From assembly GCF_009914755.1 (NCBI RefSeq), contig NC_060932.1: a DNA stretch of 64,000 nt; one strand, given 5' to 3'. Both the position numbers and the translations under genes were made by a program. Every line of letters starts with the position of its first letter. Position 1 is the first letter of the stretch. A model generated the notes under the pieces. It was not told the origin of the DNA. It ran no database searches and worked only from the letters and a program-made list of their open reading frames with translations. Shown piece after piece: positions 1 through 14,837 of the stretch. Origin of the DNA: the human T2T-CHM13v2.0 reference genome, Homo sapiens.

Positions 1-539
1 GATTTCCCTTTAATAGCAAGAAGCAGGGCAGTTCCACCCAGACACAGCTCTTTTCAAAGTGCTGTTTTGATTGCCAACCAAGAACCCTCTTAGCAGTTTG
101 CCAAATGGGACTCTTTCGGAGATGTGTTTCCTCATGTTTGTGTGGCACTCTGAAATCTCAGGAAAGATGAGAGAATAGGGAGGCCATCTTTGGGATCTGG
201 GATGTCCTTCTTAGTACTGTGTTCAGAACAAAGCAGAATCTGGGGCCTGAAAACATTGTGAAGTTCCTCCTCAGGGTCACCAACAGCACAATCCAGAGAC
301 TGGCAGGGAAGGTTGAAAATGACTGTGGAGGGAGCAGGGAAGTTTCTTGAAATTCACAGAACCTGAGAACACATCCAGCCAGCCATTCTGTCTGGTTAAT
401 AACTTCTTCAACATTTGGAGAAGGAGGCTGCCTCACAATAGGCTTGTCACAAATCAGCACTAACACTTACTTTTCTAGCTCATCTCCACACCAAGAGATC
501 ATGTCAGAGCAAGCTGGGTTATGATTCTTTGGAATAAGA

Positions 540-712
540 CAGGGCCAGCTTAGAATTTCGATGCTACTTCTTACAAGTTGTGTGAGTTGACTATGTTATT
601 TGTTCTCTCTTAGCATCACTTCCTTTTCGTGTAAATGAGCATGGAAAATGTAAAGATTTTGAGGGATAAAAATAGTGTATTCACAAAGAGGATATAGTAG
701 ATGTTCAGTAAG
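540..712 (+). mobile_element. MIR SINE, degraded
   Basis: Core-like 'tacttcttacaagttgtgtgagttga...cacttccttttcgtgtaaatg' resembles the MIR core; boundaries approximate. Confidence 0.5.
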
Positions 713-1029
713 TGTGAGCTGTTTCCATGAATGCTGCTTAAATCGAGGTAGAAACCTGCAGATTTGTCTCATTTCAAACTAGCTCAAAAGCCATCTCTCT
801 GAAGCTTTCCCACAGCCCCTAGAAACATGGTGTCTTTGCCTTCTCTTTGTTTTCATAGTACTTTGCACATACTTCTGCTTATTGAACAATGCTCTGTTAA
901 GTCCCAACAGTGCCAGATATGAGGCATACAGAATAGACCCTGCTCCTAAGTAGCTAGGAATCTAGAGAAGGAGCCCAGTGAATACATAATTCCAGAAGTG
1001 TGCATCCACACAACTCAGGAAGACCTGCA

Positions 1030-1160
1030 TTCTTACCTTCATTTTGATATGAGGCTCTGAGACTCCAAGTAGTTAAGTAACTTGCCAAACGCCATGCTGG
1101 TAGCAAACCGAAGGACTCAGAACTCAAACCCAGTTCTGTGTGAGTGCAGACCCCTTATGT
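1030..1160 (-). mobile_element. MIR SINE, degraded
   Basis: 'cattttgatatgaggctctgagact...gttaagtaacttgccaaa...gaactcaaacccag' matches the antisense MIR core. Confidence 0.6.
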
Positions 1161-1899
1161 TTTCTATAACAGTAGCTTGTTCTGCTGATATAAAGCTGCA
1201 TATTCACAGGTCCTGGGGAGTGGAATGCAGACCTGTGTTTTAGAATGGGATGTTATTCCAGTCAACACACACGTATTACCCCCTCCATCCCTGCAGTGCA
1301 TGTTTCCTCATGGTACTCACAGGAGACTGAGACCTAGAGATACAAGCAAAGAATCTAAGGTCATGCACACATTCAGCTAAGCAGAGAGATTCCACCCAGT
1401 TACTTTAATTTGAGAGACTAAACAATTAGTCATTATGCCTTGATGCTTTGCAAGTAGCATTCCTCATGATGATTAGGTCTCTCACCAAACTCCAACCTCC
1501 TTAACAAAAAGGACCACGTCTTGTTCCTATGCCCTATGGGACGGATGTATGTCTTAATTGGTGGACAAGGTAAAAGGTGCATAAAAATAAGAAGCAAATA
1601 GAGGAGAGAGACAAATAAAAAATAATACAGAAATAAAAGTCTGTGATTTTAGTTTGTTTTAGAAAAGGGTGATGAGCCAGAAAACATTCCCAGAAATAAC
1701 ACCAGATGGAAATCTGTCCACTGACTGCCTCAGCAACTGTATACGCATATTCTGGTTCATATCATGGTCAAATGAACCAAAAAGACATGGATTGATCATG
1801 CTTCAACCACACACACATCGTAGAAATTCTCCCTTGGCCTGTGCTCAACCAAGGGAGATGGTGAACAGCTCCTCTGTCTGCCTTAAGAAAGAATGCAGT

Positions 1900-2436
1900 A
1901 AGTGATCCCATTACTGGGTATATACCCAAAGGATTATAAATCGTGCTCCTATAAAGACACATGCACACGTATGTTTATTGTGGCACTATTCACAATAGCA
2001 AAGACTTGGAACCAACCCAAATGTCCATCAATGATAGACTAGATTAAGAAAATATGACACATATACACCATGGAATACTATGCAGCCATAAAAAAGGATG
2101 AGTTCATGTCCTTTGTAGGGTCATGGATGAAGCTGGAAACCATTCTGAGCAAACTATTGCAAGGACAGAAAAACAAATATCACATGTTCTCACTCATAGG
2201 TGGGAATTGAACAATGAGAACACTTGGACATAGGGTGGGGAACATCACACACTGGGGCCTGTCATGAGGTAGGGGGATGGGGAAAGGATAGCATTAGGAG
2301 AAATACCTAATGTAAATGATGAGTTAATGGGTGCAGCATACCAACATGGCACATGTATACATATGTAACAAACTTGCACGTTGTGCACATGTATGCTAGA
2401 ACTTAAAGTATAATTTAAGCAAAAAAAAAAAAGAAA
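1900..2436 (+). mobile_element. L1PA (primate L1), 5'-truncated: ORF2 end, 3'UTR and poly(A)
   Basis: L1 3' end ('gatcccattactgggtatatacccaaagg...acttaaagtataat') and A-tail. Perfect 15-bp TSD AAGAAAGAATGCAGT at 1885-1899 and 2437-2451, preceded by TT (endonuclease-type site). Confidence 0.95.
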
Positions 2437-3669
2437 AAGAAAGAATGCAGTTCTTAACTCAGCCGGTTGCCCTTGAGCAGTGTGTCTCTGGATAGTCCCT
2501 TCTCCTCCCCATTTTCCCGTTCCCACAACCTTTAACATTGCTTTATAGAACTTGCTCTCAGTGGCACCCACATCTTCCTGTTTTTGGATGGGGAAATCTC
2601 CGAAAGTTTTTGACACCTTTCCTGTGTCTGTGCAGTTTCATAGTCAGAAAATATATCATCCTCTGGTCCCTAATTTGACCTAAAGAGTGACTCTTAACAT
2701 TTCATTCATCTGTACCATTCTTTTTTTTTTCAAATAAAAATCTGATAAGAAATCTCCATGTGTAAAATATTTATAAAGAATACTTTTATTTAAATGAGGA
2801 AAAGAAGCCTGAAATCTGTCACATTCTTTTTTACTTCAACTAAAACTACCGTCCTCCCTCAACCACATCTCACCACATACTTTTCCCTCTAGAATTTGCT
2901 TGAAATCTTGCTTTTTTAAGTAGAAGAGCTTGGGAACCACTTATAGGAATCCAGCAGCTATCTGAGGTCGACCACTTTGCTTTGATTTACTGAGCTCAAG
3001 CGTTTGCAGCAGCAACAACTCAGGTGGCAGGTTCTGGAACAAAACAGTGTAAAATTCGGGCATTCTGCACCCTGGCTGCCTCTCTCTATAATCTTGGCCT
3101 CCTCTGATCTCTGTCTGTTCTGCACACTTCCCCAGCTTTCATGCCGTATACTGACACTGATTACCAGGGCTCCTTTGAATGCTTTCAAGGACTGAGTAAA
3201 GTTTGTAAGAGGCATTTCTGCAGTTTATTTTCTCCAATAGGGGCTGGTGATACACACTGGCAGTTCCACCCGTTTCTTTTGCCACCAATTTCTGTGAACA
3301 GTGTCATGGAGTTGCTAAATGGCCTATGTGAGAGGAGCTTGTAATCAAGAACCATCCGTGGGTGACAGATGTGGCTCTGATTCAATGGAGGGTTAGGGGA
3401 AATTGTATTAAATACCAATGTCAGTCTGCACATGAGTTCAACAATGTTCTTCTTTTGGGTTTGAGTAGCTGGGAGAGTGCAAGGCACTCAATCCTTCTCC
3501 AACGCTTCAGGTCACTAGCCTGGGTCCTGCTGAGAGACTCTGAAAGGCTTGTCCCAGTTGTTCGTCGGGCAGGAGGGCTGAAATGTTGAATTTCTAAAAT
3601 TACTTAATTGATTGATTGATTTGAAGTTTTGTGAACAGGAATAAGAGCTATTATGTAATATTTTCTTAC

Positions 3670-3841
3670 CTGGCAATAAATTTTGGTCATGTAAACTAGG
3701 ACTGATGTAGGGGCATTTTGCACTTCAATGGAAAACAGCTGTCAACATGGTATCATGGTCATGGACTACTCAGAAAAATCACAGAGGAAAATGGTGAAAT
3801 GATTTTAATTCATAAAACTGCCACTCATCATATAATAGAAC
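3670..3841 (-). ncRNA. candidate non-coding exon (172 nt)
   Basis: Minus-strand acceptor 'tatttttcatag' (AG at 3842-3843) and donor CAG|GTAAGA (GT at 3668-3669), in non-repeat sequence; motif evidence only. Confidence 0.25.
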
Positions 3842-4218
3842 CTATGAAAAATACATAAAAATAATGTAGGCTTATTTTTAATATATTAATTCATTTTACA
3901 TACACTGTCTCCCAAGTGATAAGCATTGTACCTACATTGTAGAGATCAAAAGTTGAAATGTAATTCATATCTTTACAGAGTTACAGTTGAATAGAAAAGA
4001 TAAGGTATAAACCCAAGTAATAGAAGTCTAATAATGTGTAGAGTCATCATTTTAAACAACTCAGAGAGATATTGAGGGTCATTTTGTAAATATAGAAGCC
4101 AAATCCCTCTATACTTGAATGATATTTTACAACATCTTTATAGTTCATTTGTAAATTAGTGATGTTGTCAGAAGGCTAAATTTCACCTCTTATAGGTATG
4201 CTCTTTCTGTTATTCAAC

Positions 4219-4690
4219 TGTAGTAGCCAGAGTTCTTTTGGTTGCAAGTATCAGAGAGCCAACTGAACCGAATGTAATCAGAAATGGGTAAATTTATTAC
4301 ATCATGAAACTGAAGTGAGCCCCAAATAGCTTCAGGCATGGCTTAATCCAGGTGCATAAGTAATATAATTTGGACACAATGTCTTCATTCTTAGGGCAGA
4401 TCTTTCCAAATTTGTGAAAAAGGGAGCCAAAGGAAGGTCTACTATTAATGTACTTCTTATAATAAAACTTCAGAGAAGAAGAAAGAGAGTAGTTTGTTTT
4501 ATTGCCAACAAAATTTCCAGGGATGTTTGTGATTGCCCCAGCTAAGCCCATGTGTCTAGATGAATTTCTTAGTCATACTCTGATTTAAATTATATGGTCA
4601 TCTCTCATCTGGTTCATGTTAAAAAGCCAATCAATTAAGTCTTATCATATGGCTGTGGGGCAATTCTCAGAAGGAAAAAGAGGTGATCAA
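4219..4690 (-). mobile_element. ancient MaLR LTR (MLT1-type)
   Basis: 'tgtagtagccagagttcttttggttgcaagtatcagagagccaactgaacc' and 'gcttcaggcatggcttaatccagg' resemble the antisense end of MLT1J/K/L-type LTRs. Confidence 0.6.
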
Positions 4691-4846
4691 ACAATAATAA
4701 ACCCCTGTCAAACAAACAACTATGAAAACCAGGAAGTACCTCATACAGAAATGTTGACATTAACCATGGAATAATCAGAAAGAACCTTGAGGTCATGTTT
4801 ATCACTTTCTTAATTTATAGATGAGTTTGTGCATTACAAGAGAGGT

Positions 4847-5200
4847 TGTATTAGTCTGTTTTCACACCGCTAATAAGGAAATACCCAGGACTGGGTAATT
4901 TATAAAGGAAAGAGGTTTAATGGACTCACAATTCACATGGCTGTGGAGGACTCACAATCATGGCAGAACGTGAATGAGGAGCAAAGTCACACCTTACGTG
5001 GGAGCAGCCAAGAGGCTTGTGCAGGGGGACTCCCATTTATAAAACCATCAGATATCGTGAGACTTATTCAGTACCATGAGAACAGTATGGGGGAGACTGG
5101 CCCCATAATTCAATTATCTCCACCTGGTCCCACCCTTGACAAATGGGGATTATTACAATTCAAGGTGAGATTTGGATTGGGACACAGCCAAGCCATATCA
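4847..5200 (-). mobile_element. THE1B-like solo LTR (ERVL-MaLR)
   Basis: Runs from TGTATTAGTC to GCCATATCA; perfect 5-bp TSD GAGGT at 4842-4846 and 5201-5205; appears inserted in a MIR. Confidence 0.93.
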
Positions 5201-5949
5201 GAGGTAGATTGATTTGTCAGAGCTTTCAATTATGCTTAGTGGCTAAGTGTTGACCAAAGTTCAGGTCTCCAGAATTGTTTCATTATGGCTCACCATTTGT
5301 GTGGACATCATTGTCTTTATTTGTCCAAGGAATACCATAGGAGAGCTGGAATTTAAGGTAACTACCATGTTTAACAAGCAAAACTCATTTTTGCTTCCTT
5401 AGTATAGTTATTTGCTTTCAGTCTGAAGGTTCCACACAACAGGTGTCCAAGCTGGAAAGAGAGGAAAATTGTAAAATTTCCCTTAAAATTAATCTATTTT
5501 ATATTGTTATCTTGAAAAAGTCTCATTTCTGCCACTGCTGGGGACTGAAACTAAATTATGTATACGCGTGTGTCTTTAGTCACTAGAATCACAAAAGAAA
5601 ATGATCTACTAACCTTAGAGAAATTCTTCCAGTGAGGAGCAATTATCTTTCTATTTGTTTGATTTCACTTTAGAGGAAAGCGAAGGCTCTCACAAACTAT
5701 TAGAGCCAGTGGGAAGTTTCTCATCCTGGAGCTAGACTGTGAACATTAATTCATTTCACATCTGCTTTTATGAGGACTACCCTTTGCCTTCTAGTTTCTG
5801 GTATCTTTCACCACTAGTCACAAGGGCTGTCTTTTCTATATGCATTGCTTCTTGGTATATTATTTCTGCCTGTGATTGGCACAGGCAAATCTCAAACCCC
5901 AATGCTTCAAACCCTAACCCTGTATTAATGAGCTCTCACATGCTGGTTG

Positions 5950-6135
5950 CATTTATAACTTGACATATATAACTTTATTTAATCTTCCCAGCAATTCTAT
6001 GAAGCAGGTTCTATTATTTTATTCCCATGGTATAGATACAAAAATTGACGCACTTAGAATTGAATCACTTGTCTAAAATCTCACAGCTAGTAAGTGACAG
6101 AGTCAGAATTTAATCCCAGGCAGCAATGTCAGTGT
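5950..6135 (-). mobile_element. MIR SINE
   Basis: 'atttaatcttcccagcaattctatgaagcagg...cacagctagtaagtgacagagtcagaattt'. Confidence 0.7.
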
Positions 6136-6630
6136 CCATATTCCTATCCACAATGATATGCTATTCCAAATGTTCATACAATTGCATCTAGCAAATGTGG
6201 ATAAGAGTAAGAATCCTTTGCATTTGGACAGCATTTCTCATTGCCCAAAGTTTTCACTATCTGCTGCTTCTGTCAGTGAAGAGATTACTTGAGGGAGTTT
6301 GGAGGATAGCAAAATGATTAAGAATCCTGGCCCTATCTGTAGTCAGAAATATCTGTGTTAGAATCTGATTTGTAATTCGATTTCTCAGAGATATTTGTAA
6401 TAAGTGAACATCTACTTCTGGAAAATGCTGAGGATTCTAGATAATAATACTTCTAGTAAGTATCTTTAGATTGGATGTCCTCAATGCAATTTCCCTTCCC
6501 TTGTGGGAAAATTTCTCACTGGGTGTCATATTGTTGGGAAATTAACTCCTTCCCCAATACCCTAGAAATTATGATTTGGACAATGAGTCTAGAGCTAGTC
6601 AGTTCAGATGTTCTTTTCTACATTAAAGTG

Positions 6631-6911
6631 TTTTTTTATTATTTCAACTTTTAATTTAGGTTCAAGGGGTACATTGTGTGACACTGAAGTTTGAGCTACG
6701 AATAATCAAATCCCATCACCCAGGTAGTGAGCATAGTACCTAATAGACAGTTTCTCAATCTCTGCCTTCCTCCCTACCTCTCCCCTCTAGTAGTCCCCAT
6801 TGTCTATTGTTCTCCTTGTTATGTCATCTGCACTCAATGTTTAGCTCCCACTTATAAGTGAAAACATGCAATATTTGATTTTCTGTTGGTGTGTTAATTC
6901 ACTTAGGATAA
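6631..6911 (-). mobile_element. older primate L1 3' end (L1PA13-16-like), antisense
   Basis: T-rich tail, then 'tcacccaggtagtgagcatagtacc...tttagctcccacttataagtgaaaacatgc'. Confidence 0.85.
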
Positions 6912-6949
6912 AGTTTTCATGAGTAATGAAGAGATTCAAGACCAGTGGC

Positions 6950-7200
6950 TGCAGCAAGCCATAGCACTAGGGAGGGTCCACAGCCTGTGATCTCCAGGAA
7001 TGACAAAGGTGGTAATGCCAGCAGAAACAGCATCAAAGGCTCTGTGACTTGACCTTGGTTGGATGTACCAAGGTTATCCTGAAACTCCAGCATCCACAGC
7101 AATTCTGTGACACCTTGATATCATTTCAATACATTCTTTTCCTGCTTAAATTAGCCAAGCAATTTCTGTTGCTTACTATTCAGGTTCCTGATAGGCACAG
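6950..7200 (+). mobile_element. MLT1-type LTR 3' fragment
   Basis: Ends 'aatacattctttt cctgcttaaattagcc...tttctgttgctt...ttcctgatag', like MLT1 U5 ends. Confidence 0.45.
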
Positions 7201-7648
7201 TACCTGACTCCAAAGGTCATACATATAATAGAAGAGTAATTAACATGTTTTAATTATTATTATCATTATTGTTATTGCCATTCTTTTATGGCACTTTTCA
7301 AATTACCAAGAATAAACTGGATTTATATGGTTGATCACAAAGAAAAATAATCAAAACTATCTGGATGTAGAGAAGAAATCTTTATGCCTACGAAGTCTCT
7401 TCAAGCAGTTCAGTGAGTATAGATACTCGTGGAGCCAAGGGAAAGATACAATGATCACACATCTCTAAAAGTTCTTTCCTTCAGTTGGTGATCATGTAAG
7501 ATAACTGCTGTCTCAATGAGAAATATGCTTCTTCCTGAAAAGAGCAGATAAAAGTGTTTTTAGATAGTGATATCCAAAAGTAACAAACTGCAGTAACTAA
7601 GATGAAGATGCTTTGGTATGGTGAGGTGTTATAGAAAGAGTATGAGCC

Positions 7649-8050
7649 CATTGTTCAATTCCCACCTATGAGTGAGAATATGCGGTGTTTGTTTTTTTGT
7701 TCTTGCGATAGTTTCCTGAGAATGATGATTTCCAATTTCATCCATGTCCCTACAAAGGACATGAACTCATCATTTTTTATGGCTGCATAGTATTCCATGG
7801 TGTATATGTGCCACATTTTCTTAATCCATTCTATCATGGACACAGGAAGGGGAATATCACACTCTGGGGACTGTGGTGGGGTGGGGGGAGGGGGGAGGGA
7901 TAGCATTGGGAGATATACCTAATGCTAGATGACGAGTTAGTGGGTGCAGCGCACCAGCATGGCACATGTATACATATGTAACTAACCTGCACAATGTGCA
8001 CATGTACCCTAAAACTTAAAGTATAATAAAAAAAAAAGAAAAAAAAGAAA
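7649..8050 (+). mobile_element. L1PA2-like L1 with 5' inversion (twin priming)
   Basis: 7649-7837 is antisense L1; 7835-8050 is sense 3'UTR plus poly(A). 16-bp TSD AGAAAGAGTATGAGCC at 7633-7648 and 8051-8066. Carries GACGAG and CTTAAAG rather than the L1HS-Ta ACA and CTTAGAG diagnostics. Confidence 0.95.
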
Positions 8051-8753
8051 AGAAAGAGTATGAGCCTTGATACCTAAAAAACCTAGAATCCCAGCTCATG
8101 TAATTGCAGGTATAATTTATGTTTTAGCTAGCCCCTGCCCCACAGACTGGCTTGGTTCATAGGCATCAGCCAGGTCTTCCAGGCCACTGACAATTTCATA
8201 TTCACCTTTGTATTACTCCATGTTAGCATTTGGAACATTTCTACAAATCATTGCTAAGGTAATGAATCCTCTCAGAGATCAAGAACAGTGATCAAGGTAG
8301 TTCTACAGTTTGTTCGTACGTGGAAAGAGATGGTTTATTTGAAAGGCTCTAGAAAAGTTTTTCCTTCCTGAATTTCTCCTTCCACTAATTCATGAAATGT
8401 CTCCATGTGTCATATTCTGTCCATCCCCTGAAACTATCCCAGTTGCTCCCATATACAGTTAGTGTTCAGGAGGATGCTTTGCTGTCGTTGTGAACTAGCA
8501 TATCTAGCATTTCCTTGAGTTATAGAGATCTCTGAATTATTTATGTCTGCCCTACACTCAAGTGAGAAACACTCAGTGAATTTAAGAATTCTGTTGGATT
8601 AGCATCCACCCCAAAACAGGAGCATACCATTCATTTTGAGTGCCCCTAGAATATATACTAAGACACAAAGACATACTAAGACAGGTCCTATCTTGGATGA
8701 TGAAGTACACATCAAACAATTTTAAAGAAATTAAAATTATACCGGCTACATTC

Positions 8754-9054
<301 letters not shown>

Positions 9055-9591
9055 ACAGGCTACATCCTTTAATCAGAAATTAGTTGAACCAGAAATCAGC
9101 AATGGAAATATAACCAGAACACATCTTAACACCTACAGTGACCCCTGACAAGGCTGACCATAAGATGACAGAGGTTGGCCTCAGCTCCTGAACTTTTCAC
9201 CCAAAATAACTCCAGGGGTTGTCCATATTGGTGAGGCCAATGGACTAATGTCATGACCAAACCTGTTCAATACTGACAATTTCAGGCAGTACCTCTAATA
9301 ACAGGACTACATGAGCAGGCCTGTTAGCCTGTACTGCCTTACTAATGTGTGTCCTAATTGCAATAATCTAACATTGCCAACTCTTTATTTCCAGGGACCA
9401 TGTGCATCCTCTGAGACTGCACTTCTTGGATGTGTATCTGACCATCCTGACACTGTCTCAGTCCTGAGATATGTCAAGTCAGCTTCAACATTCTGGTTAG
9501 ACGTATGCGGTACCTAAATTAATACTTTGGGCCAGGGAAGAAAGGATACAGACAAAAACTTAGTTAAAAAAAAATGAGAAAATGAAAAAAG

Positions 9592-9978
<387 letters not shown>

Positions 9979-10172
9979 TCATGGTTATCTGCAGTTTTCC
10001 AGGTAGGTCTGATGACCCCACCTGGAGTGATCTTGATTATGTCTGTGGTCAACTTTTACTTCAGTCTGACTTCTTGGTTACTGCCACGTCCCCCTCTAAA
10101 TCTGACCTATTAGGGTCTACGATAGGCTAGCTTATTTTTATTTCTCAGGTCCTAAAACTTCAAGAGTGAAAT

Positions 10173-10856
10173 TGAGGAGTCTGACTCCTGGTCAAAAACC
10201 TATCTGAGATTTTCCAGGCCAAACCATAGGCAATTACGAAGGCTCCACCTGCCAGGCCTCACCAAGAAAGCTACCCTCCAACACCAGGCTGGATGCAAGC
10301 CAATGCATGGCAGTCTCTGAGGAAAGCTGCAATCAAGGACTCAGGGCCTCCTGGCCAGTCATGGTCTTCACATATTTGCATTCTGAGCCTCGGTTGCTTT
10401 CCCCCTAGCTGTCTTTCCCTGAGGCCTTGGGCCAGGTCCTCTTCAGGGGGCTACCTCAACCAGGAAATCCTTGTGGGAGGAAGAAAGGGAAACTTGAAGA
10501 TACTTTTTCCCACTCTAACTCAGTGTCCAGTAATTTTGCACTCCTAGCTTTTTCCCCTCATTCATCACACCCCCCTCAACGTCCTTAAAACTTAGGTGCC
10601 TTTTTATTTAGGGTTCTCAACATTGAGGCACCCCCACATCTGTCAGATCCAGATGATACTTGACTGGTGTGCTATTCCACTGGGGGAAAATGAAAGAGGG
10701 AGATTTGTCTCCGGCTCTGATTTTAGACTCTTGCTTGTACCATTGCAGTAATTGATAAAGGCTTAACACTTCCATGGATGGCTTGTTGCTTTAATCAGCT
10801 GCTCTCATACCTGACAGCTCAATTCTCCCTCTACCGGTTTAGCTCAGCTTCTGACA
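10173..10856 (+). mobile_element. ERVL-class LTR (MER74/MER73/MER54-like, tentative)
   Basis: TG...CA ends (TGAGGAGTC ... TTAGCTCAGCTTCTGACA), preceded by purine-rich 'caagagtgaaat' where a PPT would be; family recalled from memory. Confidence 0.45.
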
Positions 10857-11368
10857 GTAACTAGACAAAACATTTTAAAGTGATCCATGAGTCAGAAACA
10901 GTCTTAAGTGAAATTGAAAAAAATTAAATAAACATTAAAAGAAAACGTACCAAAATTTGAAAGACACAAAACAGTGGTGAGAGGGAGATTTATAGCACTA
11001 AATGCATGCATTTAAACAGAGGAAAGACTTCAGATCGATATTCAAACTTCCTACTGCAAGAGTGTAGAAAAGAAAAAATAAAGGAAGCAGGGAAATAATA
11101 AAGTTAGGGGCAAAATAGAAATCATTAAAATTAAAAACAAAGTAGAAAAAAATCAGTGAAGCAAAGAGCTGATTACTTGAAAACATCAATAAAATTGGCA
11201 ATTTCTAGCAAGAATGTCAAATAATAAAAGAGAGAAAGAAAGAGAAGACACAGATTACCAATATCAGGAATAAAACAGGAAATAAGACTACAAATCTTGC
11301 AAACTTTTAAAGGATAATAAGGCAACACTATTAACAATGCTACACATATAATTTTGACAATTTAGATG

Positions 11369-11447
11369 AAAGGAATCAATTCCTGGCAAAATACAGACTA
11401 TTGCTACAAAAGGAATCAATTCCTGGCAAAATACAGACTATTGCTAC
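11369..11447. repeat. perfect tandem duplication, 39-bp unit, 40-bp period
   Basis: AAAGGAATCAATTCCTGGCAAAATACAGACTATTGCTAC at 11369-11407 and 11409-11447. Confidence 0.95.
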
Positions 11448-13011
11448 TCACCTAATATATAACAGATACGTTGCATATCCCCGTAACTACTAAGAAAATG
11501 GAAATTACAATTTTAAAAGACATTTTCAAACAAGAAATCTTCATGCTGTGATGATTCTACAGGGTAACCCTGTCAAATATTTAAAGAAGAATGAACACCA
11601 ATTCTGTACAACATATTCTAGTAAATAGAGGAGGAAGAAATACTTCTTCACTAATTTTATGAGGATATTATTACACTAGTATAAAAATTAGGCAAAGACA
11701 ATTGGACTGCAGCAAACTACAGGCCAGGATCCCCCATGAATATAGATGTGAAAATTATTAACTATTACCAGGTAGAATTCAGCAATATACAAATAATTAT
11801 ACCCTCAGGACCAAGTGATGTTTATTTCCAGAATGGAAGGCTGATTCAAAATCCAAAAATTGATCAATATAATCTACCATGCTTACGGACTAAAGTAGAA
11901 GTCATACGATCATATCAATCAATATAGAAAAATAAAAACAAAAAACGAGCAAAATGTAGCATCTATTTATAATAGAAACACGGAAAAACATAAATGGGAA
12001 ACTTTCTTAACTTCAGTTAAAGCATCTACAAAATGTATAACTTATATTATACTGAATTGTAAAAATTAATCGTTCCCCCTAAGATCAAGAACAAGGAAAT
12101 GACCTCTGCAGTCACTATTCTTTTCAATAGTTTGTTGGAAAATCTAGCCAGCATAATTGAATAGCAAAGGAAATAAAAGGCATGTAGATTGAAAATTAAA
12201 AAATATAACTATTCCTATTTTCAAGTGACATGATTGCCTAGAACTAAGTGCATTCAGTAAGATTGCAAAATACAAGACAAACATACAAAAACTTGTATTT
12301 CTATAACTAGCAAAGAGCATGTGAGCATTGGAAATAAAAATACAATGCCATTTATAATCACTCAAAAACAATAAAATACTTAAGTGTAAATATACTAAAA
12401 CGTGTGCAAAACTTGTATACTGACTACTACATAATACTTATGAAGAAATCGAAGAAAAGGTATAACTCTTCCCAAGTTGACACACAGCTTTCATGCAATT
12501 TCTTTTAAATTCCCAGCAAAATCTTTGTAGATATAAACAAGATTATTTAAAAATCTATTTGGAAAGGCCAGGAAATTGGAATAAATGGACAATCTTGAAA
12601 AGGAAGACAAATTGGGAAGACTCATTCTGTATAATCCCATGCCTAATGATGGAGTGATAATGGTTAAGACTGTGTGGAACGGTGGAGGAACAGACATATG
12701 TATACCAATGGAGCAAAACAGGGAAACTACAGGGAGAACTTCACAATCATGCCTGACTGACTTTTCATGCAACATCAATTCAATGAAGAAAAGATAGCCA
12801 CTTCAATAAATTATCTTGGCGCCAGTGAACGTTTATAAGTAAAAAAATGAACATTGATGTAGTCTTACACAATATACACACATTAACTCAAAATGGGTCA
12901 CAGGCATAAATGTAAAATGTTAAAACTTTTAAACAAACATAGATAAATATCTTCAGGATCCAGGGCTAAGCAAATAACTGTTCAACTTTAAACCAAAATG
13001 TATAATTTAGG

Positions 13012-13355
<344 letters not shown>

Positions 13356-13684
13356 TTAGGAAAATAAAAATGTATAAATTCAACTGGGTAAAAATTAAAA
13401 ACTTTAGCACTGAAAAAGATGTATTAAGAAAATGAAAATTTAATCTACAGACTGAGAGAAAAAATATTTGCAAAGTATGTGTCTGAAAAATTGTATCTAG
13501 AATATGTCATTACCTTTCAAAAAGTAATAATATATGAATAATCATTTCACTGAAGACATATACAGATGGCAAATAAGCACAGAAAAAATATTCAACATTA
13601 CTAGCTACCAGGGCAATGGAAATGAAAACCAGAATGATAGTTCACTACAAACCTATTATAATAGCTAAAATAAAAGAAATAGCA

Positions 13685-14008
<324 letters not shown>

Positions 14009-14837
14009 TTAAATGCTGGCAAGAGTTCAGAAAAATCAGATCACTCATACATTGCTGGTAGGAATATAAAATGGTACAGCTGCCCTAGAAATAGTTAGGA
14101 AGTGTCTTAGACAATTATACATCCAAATACTGTATGATCCATAAATTGTATTTATGGTCTTTCACCATAGAGAAATTAACTCATATTCACACAAAAACCT
14201 GAACCAAATGTTTTGTTCATAATAACCCCAGATATTCTTCAATGGGTAAATGGTCAAGTAGGCTGTGATACCCTGAATAGCCATGACAGTCATACCATAA
14301 ATACTAGTCAGCCTTGAAAAGGAGCAAACAATTGACAAATTTTATGAGCTGGATGAATCTCCAGAGAATTATACTGAGTGACAAAAGCCAATATCAAAAG
14401 CTGTGGATTGTAAGGTTTCATGTATATAACAGTCTTCCAATGACCACATTATTGGAATTAAAAACATATTGGCATTTTTTCTGAGAGTTAAGGAGGAGGT
14501 GGGGGCCAGGGGAAAATGGAAGCGGCTCTCAGAGGCTACATGGGGGGGGTCCTGTGGTGATAGAAATGTTCTACAGCTTGACTGTGTTGATATCAATGTC
14601 CTGGCTACGGTATTGCACTATATTTGTGCAAGACGTTCCTGTTGGGAGAAATAATTGAAAGAGTACATGGGACCTCTCTCTGTGATTACTTACAACTATA
14701 TATTTATTACGATTATCTCCAAATTAAAAAGTTTAAGTGAAAAAAAAGAGAAGAATGAGGAAAGTCTCAATACCCTGCAGTGATCTCCAAGATTTTGGGT
14801 TTTATAAAAATATAAAAGTTTAAAAAGTATGCATAGC

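Noticed and set aside
2960-3625. Unique block with several short overlapping ORFs and SOX/TCF/TGATTGAT motifs
   Set aside because: No coding signature, and the short motifs are at a density compatible with chance; needs conservation data.
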